Sequence record: OZ345387.1 | DNA length: 32,000 nucleotides | Strand: one strand, 5' to 3' | Part shown: one piece after another, positions 31,521 through 32,000 of the stretch | Layout of the letters: the number at the start of each line of letters is the position of its first letter | How positions within the stretch are numbered: the first letter of the stretch is position 1 | The notes under the pieces: generated by a model | What the model was told of the DNA's origin: nothing | Databases searched by the model: none | The model's input: the letters and a program-made list of their open reading frames with translations, nothing else | Program-made: the position numbers and the translations under genes

Positions 31521-32000
31521 TTATTTAGATTTGTTTTTTTTAGGTGATAAAATCATAATGATATGTTTCCCATCTCTAGATGGTGCTTGTTGGACATCCG
31601 CCAATATATTTAGATCTTTTGCCATTTTATCTAGAAGTTCAACTGCTAAATCCGAATGTTGAATTTCCCTACCCTTAAAAGTAATAGTAGCTTTGACTTT
31701 ATCTCCAGCTTCTAAAAAACGTAAAGCTTGATTAATCCTAACATTATAATCATGTTGTTCTATTTTATATCTCATTTTCACTTCTTTTAAATTCGCATTA
31801 TGTTGTTTTTTACGTGCCTCCTTTGCCTTTTTTTCTTGTGTAAACTTATATTTACCATAATCTATAATCCTGCATACTGGAGGATCTGATCTATCACTAA
31901 TCATAACTAAATCTAGTCCTTCTTCTTGAGCAAGTTTTAGTGCTTTTTGTGAAGAATAAATACCTAATTGACAACCCGATACACCTATTAAGCGTATTTT
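31521..32000 (-). CDS. infC: Translation initiation factor IF-3 (5' end runs off the window)
   Basis: The track ORF starts at an internal Met. Hand translation upstream stays open to the window edge: [53 protein letters not shown], matching the IF-3 N-domain and linker. Confidence 0.92.
   Translation of the reverse strand, partial: KIRLIGVSGCQLGIYSSQKALKLAQEEGLDLVMISDRSDPPVCRIIDYGKYKFTQEKKAKEARKKQHNANLKEVKMRYKIEQHDYNVRINQALRFLEAGDKVKATITFKGREIQHSDLAVELLDKMAKDLNILADVQQAPSRDGKHIIMILSPKKNKSK

Overview
This AT-rich, tightly packed window reads as a red-algal (Rhodophyta, probably Florideophyceae) plastid genome segment, not a bacterial accessory region. It carries phycoerythrin (cpeBA), phycocyanin (cpcBA), apcF, cpcG and nblA. 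It also has photosystem genes (psbEFLJ, psaI, psb30/ycf12, psaC, psaK) and the typical red-plastid set gltB, pgmA, secA, trpA, accA, ftrB, tilS, ccsA, rpoZ, rps4, infC and several ycf genes. Three tRNAs and a tmRNA (ssrA) are present. The ORF track missed seven short genes that I found by eye: psbF, psbL, psbJ, psaI, psb30, nblA and ssrA. I see no CRISPR array, transposase, integrase, phage gene or recognisable defence system, and I do not think a novel multi-gene system is supportable here. Five points deserve a second look. (1) ycf23 has its conserved N-terminus in a different frame, split at an A9 run that is also a classic -1 slippery site. (2) A leuC/leuD operon of the non-cyanobacterial short type sits between cpeBA and nblA, suggesting horizontal acquisition. 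(3) A 1.8 kb stretch upstream of psbE has no listed ORF and contains a 42 bp perfect palindrome and a decayed reading frame. (4) There are three poorly characterised ORFs of 99, 102 and 456 aa. (5) Long perfect hairpins lie between genes. All calls come from reading translations and motifs by eye; no searches were run.
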